From NCBI GenBank assembly GCA_051003155.1, contig JBPCLO010000011.1, forward strand, positions 68,012 to 132,011: 64,000 nucleotides of DNA, in the 5' to 3' direction. A program made the translations under genes and the position numbers. Positions 46,976-56,064 of the stretch are shown piece by piece. The DNA is from Fimbriimonadales bacterium. Lineage in GTDB: Bacteria; Armatimonadota; Fimbriimonadia; Fimbriimonadales; ATM1. A model generated the notes under the pieces. It saw only the letters and a list, made by a program, of their open reading frames with translations, ran no database searches and was not told the origin of the DNA. The number at the start of each line of letters is the position of its first letter. Positions within the stretch are counted from its first letter, which is position 1.

Positions 46976-48961
46976 TTATAACTTTCCCAGGAGCGGAATA
47001 AACACACCCCCCACAACCGAGCGGGCGCGGAAGCCGACGCACTTGCCGGTCTTTGTGTCGAACCAATCCGTCAAAGGCACTCGATCGCGCGTCGACTGCG
47101 CCCACTTATGAAGAGGGCGAATAAGCTTGTCGAAATCACCGTGCTTTTTCGCCAGGCACGCGCTCCAAACCACCCAGTCGAGCTTGGTGTAGTCCTTGCG
47201 GCTGTCGAGCGGTAGGCCGAATTGGTTCTGTACCCGTAAGTAGTGGGCGACCTCTCGCTGCCGCACTGTTCCCGGAAAGAGGTTCAAACCTAAAATCTCG
47301 TCCCACACCAGGTTGTACTTCTGGCTCCACGTGCCCGGCTTATCAAACGCCAAACGGAAATGGCCTCCATCGTCGGCCAGCCGCTGCCATTCGTCGGCCA
47401 TCGACCGGGCGGCGGCGCGCCATTCCTTTGCCGCATCGCTCTCGCCGCGCATTTCACAGAGCTGTGCGTAAGCTCCTATAGCGAGAATCGCTTTGAGCGA
47501 CAGGTTCGCGTTGTGCGCGAGGTGGCCCGCGAAGTCGTCCGTACAGAGCTGATTCTCGGGATCGAGGCCCTTTTGGCGAAGGTAATTTGCCCATTGGGTG
47601 AGCACCCGCCAGTGCCTCTTGGCAAAGGCGAGGCTCTTCTGCGCCTTGCAAAGCGCGGCCGCCATGATGAGCATGTTGCCGCACTCCTCGACGGGCATCT
47701 GGTTATCCTCGGTCTTTTCGCCGCCTCCATAAACCTGGCCATTTGCCAGCGGGTACGTACCGAGGTCGTGAGGCGCGAACGGGAACTTCCATCGGGCCGA
47801 CTCGGCATAGAGCATCACCGGCTCGAGTTGCGCTTCGAGGAGATCGGGGGCAAAAACGAGGAAGAACGGCGATCCGGGATAGGTCACGTCCACCGTGCCG
47901 ATGCAGCCGTTGCTGAAGTTCTCCTTGCTGAACATGAAGGGCTTGCCTTCGCCGTCCACGATGCAATGAGCCGCCATGCATTGTCGATAGGCCAGGGCTG
48001 CGAATTCCGCGTACTCTTTGCCCCCGCGGTTTTGCAGCCGCCGCACCAACTTCACGTCATGGTCGGCAGCTCGTGTTCTGATCGTCGCGTAACCGGTCTC
48101 GGAGGCCGCGAGAAGCTCCTCGGTCGAGGAGAATTCGCGCCTCCACCACGGACGCAATCGCCTACCCATGTACTCCGCGGAGAACCCCTCGTCGTACGCG
48201 AGGGATATATGCGCCGGTGTACGGCGTCCAACTTCCAAGGGCATGGCAGCGGAAAGACATGGCCAGTCGTCATCGGCTGCGCGCGGAAAACCCAGACCAG
48301 CCTGGGCCGGCTCGCCTTTCAAAAAGGCTGTTCTCGTTACATGCGCTCCCCCCACTGTTAGGTCCGCCCCCGGCGCCGTCAAAATCAGCGATCCCCAGTC
48401 GATGCGGACGTCGTCGCCGCTTCGCCCAAGCACATCTTGCTTGTCCGCACGTATCGACGCAATCTCCATCTCGCGGAACCGGTGTTGCTCACCGAGGACT
48501 TTCTGGTCGGGTGTGTTCACACACGCTTCCGCCGTGATGTCGAAATAGATGGATAGGTCGTGTCGATGTCGGTCCTGCGCCACGGATGTGAACGTAACGA
48601 ATGTAACCGGGCGCGATGCCAACGCGACATCTTGAGCCAGCAAGGGCGAAAGGAACTCGACCTCAAGCTCGATTCCTGCCGCCGCAAACCGGTAGACCGT
48701 GCGAGTGGGCAGCACGCGCAGGGACAGTTGCTCCATCGGAGGCGCGCCAACGGGCCCGGGTCCCATAAAGCGGAAAACTTTGCCGTCGATGCGTATCATG
48801 CCACACATCGCGTTGACCGCCCCCGTCCAGTGCCGAGGCCAATCATCGGTGAGCCGGTCGCCCATCGACCATATGCTGAAATATGGGGTATGGGTGACGA
48901 GCGGAGTTGCGGGCGGGCGGAAATCCTGGGTCATAAGCGCAATAGCCGCAAGAGCGAGCAT
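46976..48961 (-). CDS. DUF4964/DUF5127/DUF4965 protein (fungal glutaminase GtaA-like, six-hairpin)
   Basis: RPPA.PL....PYFSIWS, SKENFSNG..GTVDV, APHDLG.YP, MPVEECGNM, TDDFAG and SQKYNL.WD. Confidence 0.8.
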   Translation of the reverse strand: MLALAAIALMTQDFRPPATPLVTHTPYFSIWSMGDRLTDDWPRHWTGAVNAMCGMIRIDGKVFRFMGPGPVGAPPMEQLSLRVLPTRTVYRFAAAGIELEVEFLSPLLAQDVALASRPVTFVTFTSVAQDRHRHDLSIYFDITAEACVNTPDQKVLGEQHRFREMEIASIRADKQDVLGRSGDDVRIDWGSLILTAPGADLTVGGAHVTRTAFLKGEPAQAGLGFPRAADDDWPCLSAAMPLEVGRRTPAHISLAYDEGFSAEYMGRRLRPWWRREFSSTEELLAASETGYATIRTRAADHDVKLVRRLQNRGGKEYAEFAALAYRQCMAAHCIVDGEGKPFMFSKENFSNGCIGTVDVTYPGSPFFLVFAPDLLEAQLEPVMLYAESARWKFPFAPHDLGTYPLANGQVYGGGEKTEDNQMPVEECGNMLIMAAALCKAQKSLAFAKRHWRVLTQWANYLRQKGLDPENQLCTDDFAGHLAHNANLSLKAILAIGAYAQLCEMRGESDAAKEWRAAARSMADEWQRLADDGGHFRLAFDKPGTWSQKYNLVWDEILGLNLFPGTVRQREVAHYLRVQNQFGLPLDSRKDYTKLDWVVWSACLAKKHGDFDKLIRPLHKWAQSTRDRVPLTDWFDTKTGKCVGFRARSVVGGVFIPLLGKL

Positions 48962-48995
48962 CGCTCATTATTCTCTAATCCGGCTCCCTCTTCGG

Positions 48996-49076
48996 TTGGC
49001 TCCCTCCCTTTTGCCGTTGACGTCAAATTTCGCCGCCACGGACTTGTCGTCGGGAGAAAATGGAGGAAAGGGTTCA
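48996..49076 (-). repeat. Palindromic intergenic repeat, degenerate copy 3
   Basis: AAAATGGAGGAAAGGGTTCA at 49057-49076 matches the end of copy 2 and can pair with CTCCCTCCCTTTT near 49000. Confidence 0.5.
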
Positions 49077-49103
49077 AACCGCGAGCAGCGGGCACTCGGA
49101 ATT

Positions 49104-50123
49104 TCAGAAGCCCGAATACCGTTTCACGATCTCGAGCGCTTGCTTGAATTCCGGCGTGCCCGCCTCGCCGAGCCATTCGTAGGCGACCGATTCCGTGTGC
49201 GTGACGATCGCGCCGCCGTGGCGCATTCGTTTTAAAGCGATTTCGTGCGCCCCGGGCGGGCGGGCGCCCGTAGCGTCGTCGCATACGAAGACCTCGTGGC
49301 CGCGCGCCACGAAGTCGAGCGCCGTCTGGTTCACGCAGATGTGGGTCTCGATCCCCACGATGACAGCCTGCCTCCTAGTTCCTCGCCAGGCCGACCAAAA
49401 CTCGTCGCTGCGACAGCTCGAGAAGCAGAGCTTGTCGAAACGGGGATGGGCGCCGAGTAGGTTTGCGATTCCTGCATTCGTGCCGCCCATGCGCGTGGCG
49501 TACTGCTCGGTGGCGAAGACAGGGATGTTGAGGAGGTTCGCGATCTCGATGAGGAAACCGGCGCGACTAAGGACTCGTTCTTTGCCTTCGATTGGAGCCA
49601 GAAAGGAGTCCTGCAGATCGACGACGATCAACCCCGACTTGGCGCGTTTACAAAGCCCGGGCGTCCCTCGTTCCGGGTGTGTCGGTTTCTCCACGCCGCG
49701 GAGCGTAAAAACTGCGGATCGCGCCATTTCCAGGTCGATGCCTAATTCTGCGAGCACTCGGCCGGCAACGCCGTCTCCTTCCCGTATAAGGCCGAGCAGA
49801 ATATGTTCGGTCCCGATAAAGTCGTCCGCGATGTTACGTGCTTCGTCGTACGCGTAATCGATCACTAGTTTCGCGCGAGGGGTCAAAGTCATCTCGTGGA
49901 CCGCGGTTGACTCTTTCCCACCGATGCGTTCTAGCACCGCGGATTGGACCGCCTCAACGGACGCTCCCAACGCGACAATGAGTTCGGCGCCTTCGCACTT
50001 GGGAAGCCGGCATATTCCGAGCAGAAAATGCTCGGTGCTCACGAAGCCTTCGCCTTCATTCTGAGCCTCTTCTTGAGCATAGAAGACGACCTGCCGCGCA
50101 TCCTCCGTGAATCGCTGCCACAT
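49104..50123 (-). CDS. ClpC N-terminal domain fused to isochorismatase-like cysteine hydrolase
   Basis: MWQRFTEDAR..STEHFLLG..LTPRAK..GTEHILLGL, then VDLQ..TEQY..K.CFS..GIETHICV. Confidence 0.85.
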   Translation of the reverse strand: MWQRFTEDARQVVFYAQEEAQNEGEGFVSTEHFLLGICRLPKCEGAELIVALGASVEAVQSAVLERIGGKESTAVHEMTLTPRAKLVIDYAYDEARNIADDFIGTEHILLGLIREGDGVAGRVLAELGIDLEMARSAVFTLRGVEKPTHPERGTPGLCKRAKSGLIVVDLQDSFLAPIEGKERVLSRAGFLIEIANLLNIPVFATEQYATRMGGTNAGIANLLGAHPRFDKLCFSSCRSDEFWSAWRGTRRQAVIVGIETHICVNQTALDFVARGHEVFVCDDATGARPPGAHEIALKRMRHGGAIVTHTESVAYEWLGEAGTPEFKQALEIVKRYSGF

Positions 50124-50161
50124 GAGCCGAGTATGGCATCGCGGGTAGCATTTGAGGCTCA

Positions 50162-51652
50162 ATGGTCCGTGTCCGCTATGCCCCCTCACCCACCGGAAGC
50201 CCGCACGTGGGCAACATTCGCACAGCACTTTTCAACTACCTGATGGCCCGGCGCAACGGTGGCAAATTCATAGTCCGGATCGAGGACACCGATCGCGCCC
50301 GCGAAGTACCCGGGGCGCTCGAAGACATACTCGAAAGCCTTCGTTGGCTAGGCATCGAGTGGGACGAGGGACCAGAAATCGGGGGGCCGTTCGAACCATA
50401 TTTCCAGAGCCAACGCCTTAATCTTTATCAAGGTTTCGCACATCAGCTTATAGATAACGGCAATGCATACAAGTGTTTTTGTGCGTCCGAGACCCTCGAC
50501 GAGATGCGCGAGTACCAGCGGATCAACAAGCTCCCACCCGGGTATGACCGCAGGTGCCGAAGACTGTCGAAGGACGAGGCGGCGGCGAAGGTAGCTGAGG
50601 GCTTGCCCCACGTCGTCCGCCTCGCGATGCCGCTGAAGGGCAAGACGCTGTTTGAAGATGCCGTCCGCGGCAAGGTCGAGTACGAGAACGCCCTCATCGA
50701 CGACCAGGTCCTGCTGAAAAGCGACGGCTGGCCCACCTATCACCTTGCCAACGTCGTCGACGACCACCTGCAGGAAATCACCCATGTCATCCGCGGCGAG
50801 GAGTGGATTAGTTCAACACCTAAGCACATCCACCTCTACAATTCTTTCGGCTGGGAGTTGCCGGTGTTCGCCCACGCGCCGGTGATCAAAGGCCCGGACG
50901 GAACGAAGCTGAGCAAGCGCCATGGTGACACGAGGTGCCTGGATTACCGCGAGAAAGGCTTCCTTGGCGCGGCGGTAGCGAACTTCATCGCGCTCATCGG
51001 ATGGTCCCCCAAGAACGACCAGGAGGTTATGAGTCTTCAGGAAATGGCGGATGCATTCGCCATCAGCGGAATCCAACCGTCGCCGGGCGTGTTCGATATC
51101 CAAAAGTTGCACTGGATGAACGGCGTTCACATTCGTTCCCTGTCCCCAAGCCAATTGTACGAGTCCGTGAAGGCATTCGACAGCAGGACAACGGACGAGG
51201 AATATCTAGCGAATCCTGCACGGGCCAAGCTGAATATGGCCTTAGAAGCAGGCGATCCCGACTACGTTAGGGGTTCGCTCGTATTGGAACAGGAACGCGT
51301 GAAGCTACTAACGGATTTCGCCGAAGCCACCGAATTCTTCTTCGACGACAATCCGCCGATCGATCCCGATGCCGCAGCCAAGTGGCGGCCGCAGCGCCAT
51401 GTCGAGCAACTCCTGCACGTGGTTCACCGCGATCTCGACGGGCACTCCAGCTTAAGTGTTGGAGAATGCGAGAAATTGGTCGACGACGCGGTCGCCGAAT
51501 TGCATCTCGAGAAACGCTCCGACGCGATCCACCCCCTCAGGCTCGCCCTCACCGGCAGAACGAAGGGCCCCGGCTTATTCGAACTTATGGCGCTCCTCGG
51601 ACCGGAGCGGATGCGCAGGCGCATCCAGTCGGCCGAACGATACTTTAGTTAA
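50162..51652 (+). CDS. gltX: Glutamate--tRNA ligase
   Basis: RYAPSPTG.PHVG, RIEDTD, THVIRGEEW and KLSKR. Confidence 0.97.
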   Translation: MVRVRYAPSPTGSPHVGNIRTALFNYLMARRNGGKFIVRIEDTDRAREVPGALEDILESLRWLGIEWDEGPEIGGPFEPYFQSQRLNLYQGFAHQLIDNGNAYKCFCASETLDEMREYQRINKLPPGYDRRCRRLSKDEAAAKVAEGLPHVVRLAMPLKGKTLFEDAVRGKVEYENALIDDQVLLKSDGWPTYHLANVVDDHLQEITHVIRGEEWISSTPKHIHLYNSFGWELPVFAHAPVIKGPDGTKLSKRHGDTRCLDYREKGFLGAAVANFIALIGWSPKNDQEVMSLQEMADAFAISGIQPSPGVFDIQKLHWMNGVHIRSLSPSQLYESVKAFDSRTTDEEYLANPARAKLNMALEAGDPDYVRGSLVLEQERVKLLTDFAEATEFFFDDNPPIDPDAAAKWRPQRHVEQLLHVVHRDLDGHSSLSVGECEKLVDDAVAELHLEKRSDAIHPLRLALTGRTKGPGLFELMALLGPERMRRRIQSAERYFS

Positions 51653-52032
51653 CGCGATTCGGCTTTTTGCAACCAAGTCACGATGTCGCGGTTTCGGCCA
51701 TACCCCTCGGGGCTGTTCTTAAACCCCCACGAGCCGCTCCCCTTGACCCAGAGGACATCGAGCGGCTTGCTTCCCTCCGAACGATAGAAGCTTAGCTTGT
51801 AAACCGCCTTCCCGCCTTCGTGCCCACGCAGGGCGCCCGAATCGACGTTGAACAGATTTACGAGCGGGCGAACCTCTGGCTTGCTGTAGACCCGCAGGGG
51901 ATCCTTGCCCTCCCTCTCTATCATAAGCAGCGACGCACTTTTCAAACGCCCGATCCGTTGTGCAGGGGTCATCGCCCAAGCCGCGACCGCAAGCACAAGG
52001 GCCAAACTCAAGAAGCCAAGCCTATATTTCAT
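51649..52032 (-). CDS. Hypothetical secreted protein
   Basis: Signal peptide MKYRLGFLSLALVLAVAAWA. Confidence 0.55.
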   Translation of the reverse strand: MKYRLGFLSLALVLAVAAWAMTPAQRIGRLKSASLLMIEREGKDPLRVYSKPEVRPLVNLFNVDSGALRGHEGGKAVYKLSFYRSEGSKPLDVLWVKGSGSWGFKNSPEGYGRNRDIVTWLQKAESR

Positions 52033-52301
52033 CTTAATCTCTTTGCAACGAGGGCATCCAGTTACTCTTGCGTGATACCCGAAATTGCCAACTGCTTGTG
52101 CCGCGATTTCGCTCCGCGCAGGAGCGCCACGCTCGACTTGGGCAGCCCGAGGTTTTTGGCGACGAGTTCGACCACTGCCGCATTTGCTTCGCCGCCGGCG
52201 GGCGGTTTATGAACCCAGGCTCAAATCGTGCCACCGTAAAACCTGAGACGTTCATCCGTGGCCTTCGGCGTAACTCGGATCACCAGAACCGCCTCAGCCA
52301 C
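52029..52301 (-). pseudogene. DUF167/YggU family gene with two in-frame stops
   Basis: MAEAVLVIRVTPKA...GGTI*AWVHKPPAGGEANAAVVEL.A..LGLPKSSV.LLRG.KSRHK...QE*LDALVAKRLR. Confidence 0.75.
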
Positions 52302-52839
52302 CTGCGATTTTCTTCTTCAGCCGCTCGATGTGTCGCTTGGCGCTCGGGTCGCTCGGAAAGAGCTTCAGCCGCGCCTCCCAAACGTCCAGGCTCTTCTTTA
52401 GGAGGCCGATCTCCTCTAAAGACCGCCCAAGCATCAGAGAGACGTTCAGCGTTCGCGATTTGACCGGTACGGCTTGCAGTATGGGTGGAACCTTTGTGTA
52501 AAGTTTCCTCATGAAGTAGTAGCGAGCCAACTGCTCGGTCCCGAGCAAGCTCTTAGGGTTCTGCTTATGAAATCGGATCGCCTCCGCGAGCGCCTCCCCA
52601 TGCCGATCCACGTTGCCGAGCATGTAAACCAGGTCGTCGGAGATCTGTGCATCGCCCGGGTGCATGCCCGACATCACGCGCAAGATCGTTGTGCACTCCT
52701 CGAAGAGCCCAGCGTGGAAGCATTGATCAAGGCGCCTGGTCAATATCTCCTCCATTCCATCCAGAATGGCGCCCGAGCGTCCTTGGGCGGGGCACAACAA
52801 GGGAAGCGTCCAGCACAAAATTAGCGATAACAATTTCAT
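52294..52839 (-). CDS. Secreted TPR-like protein
   Basis: Signal peptide and helical repeat pattern; overlaps the gatB stop. Confidence 0.55.
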   Translation of the reverse strand: MKLLSLILCWTLPLLCPAQGRSGAILDGMEEILTRRLDQCFHAGLFEECTTILRVMSGMHPGDAQISDDLVYMLGNVDRHGEALAEAIRFHKQNPKSLLGTEQLARYYFMRKLYTKVPPILQAVPVKSRTLNVSLMLGRSLEEIGLLKKSLDVWEARLKLFPSDPSAKRHIERLKKKIAGG

Positions 52840-54299
52840 TTTGATAACTCCGCGTCTAATAATTGGCTGACGATTTCAGCGTTTGCCCGGCCCTTTGTCT
52901 TTTGCATTACTTTGCCTACGAAGAAGCCCTTGATATTCGTCTTCCCTTCCTTGAACTTATCGACGGCGTCCGGATTTTCTTTAATGGCTTCCTGCACGGC
53001 GTGCAAAATAGCCCCCGTGTCCGAGATTTGTGAAAGCCCTTCGGACTCGATAATTTCAGCCGGTAATACGCCCGACTTGTAGGTGCGCTCGAAAACCTCT
53101 TTCGCCGTCTTGCCGTTAATCGCACCCGATTCCACAAGGTTCACGATGTTCACGATATGAGACGGCCGAACCTTCGATTCGGAAACGGTAAGTTTGTCCT
53201 CGTTGAGCAGCCTGGCGAAGTCCCCGTTCATCCAATTGCAAACCTGCTTCGGATCGCCGCCGTCCTCCACGGCCCAGTCGAAGAACTCCGCCCACTCGCG
53301 ATCGGCGACCAACACGCCCGCATCGTAAGCGCTCAGGCCCAAGTCTTCGATGTATCTCTGCCGCTTTTGCACGGGCAATTCGGGCAAATTGGCGCGAAGT
53401 GTCTCGATATATTCCTCCGTAAAGACCATCGGCGGCAAATCCGGATCGGTGAAATATCGATAATCCTGTTCTTGCTCCTTCACTCGCATAACGAAGCTGG
53501 TTTCCTTATCCTCATTCCATCCGCGCGTTTCTTGCTTCAACACGTTTCCGCGCCCCAATTCCTCGGCCATCCTTGTCTCTTCGTGGCGAATTCCAGAAGC
53601 CACCGCTCTAAAGGAGCCTAAGTTTTTCAATTCGGTCTTAACCCCCAATTTCTCGGCACTTTCTTCGGCAATAGAAATATTCGGCTCGCACCTTAAGCTG
53701 CCTTGCTCCATCTTCCCGTCGCAAACTCCGAGATAAACCAATAAGAGCCGCAGTTGCTGCAGGTATTCTCGGGCCTCATCGGGTGTGTGAATATCCGGTG
53801 GAAAATCGGTGACTATTTCCATTAGGGGCACGCCGGCGCGGTTGCAGTCCACACCGCTGCCGCCTGATGGTAGGTGCATCAGTTTTCCCGTGTCCTCCTC
53901 TAGGTGCACCCGTCGCAATCGAACCCGCTTCGTGGCCAGCCCGTCATCGCCTGCGGGGATGACCAGGTAGCCGGCAAAGCCGATAGGGTTGGTCTCCTCG
54001 TACTGGCTCAGCTGGTAGCCCTTCGGCAGGTCAGGATAGAAATAGTTCTTGCGATGGAAAAGGCTCCGCATTGCGATTTGGCAGTTCAGCGCAAGCGCGG
54101 TCCGCAGAACGTGCTCGACGGCTCGTCGGTTGATGTAAGGCAGCGCACCGGGTAAGGCCAGGCACACGGGGCAGACGCGCGTGTTCACCTCTCCGCCGAA
54201 CCGGTTGAGGCAGCCGCAGAACATCTTGGTCTCGGTCAGGAGTTCGGCGTGGACCTCCATTCCGACGCTGGTTAAGTAAGCCACGCCCGATTTTGGCAC
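52836..54299 (-). CDS. gatB: Asp/Glu-tRNA amidotransferase subunit B
   Basis: GMEVHAEL, RKNYFYPDLPKGYQ, HLEED.GK, NRAGVPLMEIV and DYRYF. Confidence 0.97.
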   Translation of the reverse strand: MPKSGVAYLTSVGMEVHAELLTETKMFCGCLNRFGGEVNTRVCPVCLALPGALPYINRRAVEHVLRTALALNCQIAMRSLFHRKNYFYPDLPKGYQLSQYEETNPIGFAGYLVIPAGDDGLATKRVRLRRVHLEEDTGKLMHLPSGGSGVDCNRAGVPLMEIVTDFPPDIHTPDEAREYLQQLRLLLVYLGVCDGKMEQGSLRCEPNISIAEESAEKLGVKTELKNLGSFRAVASGIRHEETRMAEELGRGNVLKQETRGWNEDKETSFVMRVKEQEQDYRYFTDPDLPPMVFTEEYIETLRANLPELPVQKRQRYIEDLGLSAYDAGVLVADREWAEFFDWAVEDGGDPKQVCNWMNGDFARLLNEDKLTVSESKVRPSHIVNIVNLVESGAINGKTAKEVFERTYKSGVLPAEIIESEGLSQISDTGAILHAVQEAIKENPDAVDKFKEGKTNIKGFFVGKVMQKTKGRANAEIVSQLLDAELSK

Positions 54300-54351
54300 G
54301 TTCGGCTGCGACCTACTTGGTCCATAATCCAGCGTAGAGACAAACAGAACA

Positions 54352-55503
54352 ATGCCACGATACGTTCAACTCGGAAGAATCCCGCGAAAGCGGCATATAG
54401 CGTTCAGGAAGCCGGACGGTGGGCTGTATGCGGAGCAGCTCATCGGCGTCCACGGATTCAGCGGGATCATGAGCATTGCGTACCACATCAACCTGCCGAC
54501 CCGGATCGCGAGTTTCGAATCGAGGGGCAGCATAAAACCCGACTACGTGGAGCATGAGCCGCTGCACCATCGGCATCTGAAGACGACGCAGATGAAGCCT
54601 TGCGGGGACCCGATTTCGGGGCGGATTCCGCTCATGGGGAATAGTGACGTCCTTTGGAGCCAGGCTTTGGTCGCGGACCCAATGGACTACTTTTTCAAGA
54701 ACGCCGACGGCGACGACGTGATCTTTATGCACGACGGCACCGGCGTGGTCGAGACGATGTATGGGCCGCTGGCTTATAAGCCGGGGGACTATGTCGTGAT
54801 TCCGCGGGGCACGATTTACAAGGTAGTGATGGACAGTGCGCCGCAGCGTATGCTGAATATCCTGGCGTTCTCTCACGTGGAGACGCCCAAGCGGTATCGG
54901 AACGATTACGGCCAGCTTTTGGAGCATGCGCCGTACAGCGAGCGCGACTTCCATCCGCCGACGGAGCTGAAGACCCATGACGAGAAGGGATCGTTCGACG
55001 TTTTGGTTCGGGCGCGGCATGAGCTGACACTGATGAACTACGACTACCATCCGTTCGATATTGTCGGTTGGGATGGATATGTGTACCCTTACACGTTTAA
55101 CATCAACGATTTTCAGCCGATTACGGGCATGCTGCACATGCCGCCGCCGATTCACCAGACGTTTCAGGCGGGCAACTTTGTGATCTGCAGCTTCTGCCCC
55201 CGGGCGCTGGATTTCCATCCGGAGGCGGTACCGGTTCCGTATAACCACTCGAATGTGGACAGCGACGAAGTGCTGTACTACGTGAACGGCAACTTCGGTT
55301 CGCGCAGGGGTATCGAGGAAGGCTCGATCACGCTGCATCCGCTGGGCATTCCGCACGGCCCGCAGCCCGGTATCGCCGAGGCGTCGCTGGGCGCGACTCG
55401 CACCGAGGAACTGGCGGTTATGGTGGACACGTTCCACCCGCTGAAGCTCACCCGCGAGGCCCTCGGAATCGAAGACGGCAACTACTGGAAGAGTTGGCAG
55501 TAG
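54352..55503 (+). CDS. hmgA: Homogentisate 1,2-dioxygenase
   Basis: KNADGD, APYSERD, HPFDIVGWDG, PYNHSNVDSDE, HP.GIPHGP and ELAVMVDT. Confidence 0.9.
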   Translation: MPRYVQLGRIPRKRHIAFRKPDGGLYAEQLIGVHGFSGIMSIAYHINLPTRIASFESRGSIKPDYVEHEPLHHRHLKTTQMKPCGDPISGRIPLMGNSDVLWSQALVADPMDYFFKNADGDDVIFMHDGTGVVETMYGPLAYKPGDYVVIPRGTIYKVVMDSAPQRMLNILAFSHVETPKRYRNDYGQLLEHAPYSERDFHPPTELKTHDEKGSFDVLVRARHELTLMNYDYHPFDIVGWDGYVYPYTFNINDFQPITGMLHMPPPIHQTFQAGNFVICSFCPRALDFHPEAVPVPYNHSNVDSDEVLYYVNGNFGSRRGIEEGSITLHPLGIPHGPQPGIAEASLGATRTEELAVMVDTFHPLKLTREALGIEDGNYWKSWQ

Positions 55504-55625
55504 TCGCTTGGCGCCCAATGTTAGGCAAGATCGTGACCGCCGGATCGTGGAGCAATACACTCTGTTCGGAACCCACCTGTATGACCGGAACCCTCAGACC
55601 CGCAAATACGTCTACACGGGGATCC

Positions 55626-55792
55626 GAGCTCCAAGCCCACCTGGACGAGTAACTTGGAGTTCCATAACCACTTCAGGCCTCACCTAAGCCTCGGCGGGCT
55701 CACCCCGCAAGATTCAAGGAAGGCCAATGGACCACAATACGGGATCCGGAAATCCTAAAACTCTGACTTGGAAACAAAATGGGGACTAGCCA
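55626..55792 (+). mobile_element. Relic of an IS3-family element (transposase C-terminus and right end)
   Basis: LEFHNHFRPHLSLGGLTP (integrase-core tail), followed by ...AAAATGGGGACTAGCCA ending in CA. Confidence 0.6.
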
Positions 55793-55955
55793 GGTTACCA
55801 TCAACATTTGCAAGATTGATCGACCATTACGCATTAACGTATCGGCATGGACGCACTCGAGCAATACCCGATACAGGTCGGACAGTAGCCTTATCATGCT
55901 TCCTTTCGCGCACGATGGCGCAAGGCGTGGCACGCGTGGGCGCGCCATAACAGCG

Positions 55956-55987
55956 AAAAAGGGAACGCCGCCCCCCGGCGGCTGCGT
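55956..55987 (-). terminator. Probable intrinsic terminator after GNAT/sORF
   Basis: GCCGCC/GGCGGC hairpin followed on the minus strand by GTTCCC-TTTTT. Confidence 0.5.
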
Positions 55988-56038
55988 TTAGCCGGTTCCG
56001 AGGGAGGCGAGGTCGATTACAATGGCTGGTTTTTTCAT
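55988..56038 (-). CDS. 16-aa small ORF MKKPAIVIDLASLGTG
   Basis: TAAGGAGG 9 nt upstream of the ATG; terminator-like hairpin right after the TAA. Confidence 0.45.
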   Translation of the reverse strand: MKKPAIVIDLASLGTG

Positions 56039-56064
56039 GGGTCTATGCCTCCTTAGAGGGTGTA

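Noticed and set aside
52221..52223. In-frame TGA as selenocysteine or recoding
   Set aside because: Not a Cys-type position, a second TAA stop follows, and TGA is a normal stop throughout the window
54313..55560. 415-aa minus-strand ORF
   Set aside because: Antisense shadow of hmgA with no motifs
55956..56035. Possible c-di-GMP or other riboswitch
   Set aside because: Lacks the conserved GGCAAA/GACGCAAAG core; better explained as a small ORF plus terminator
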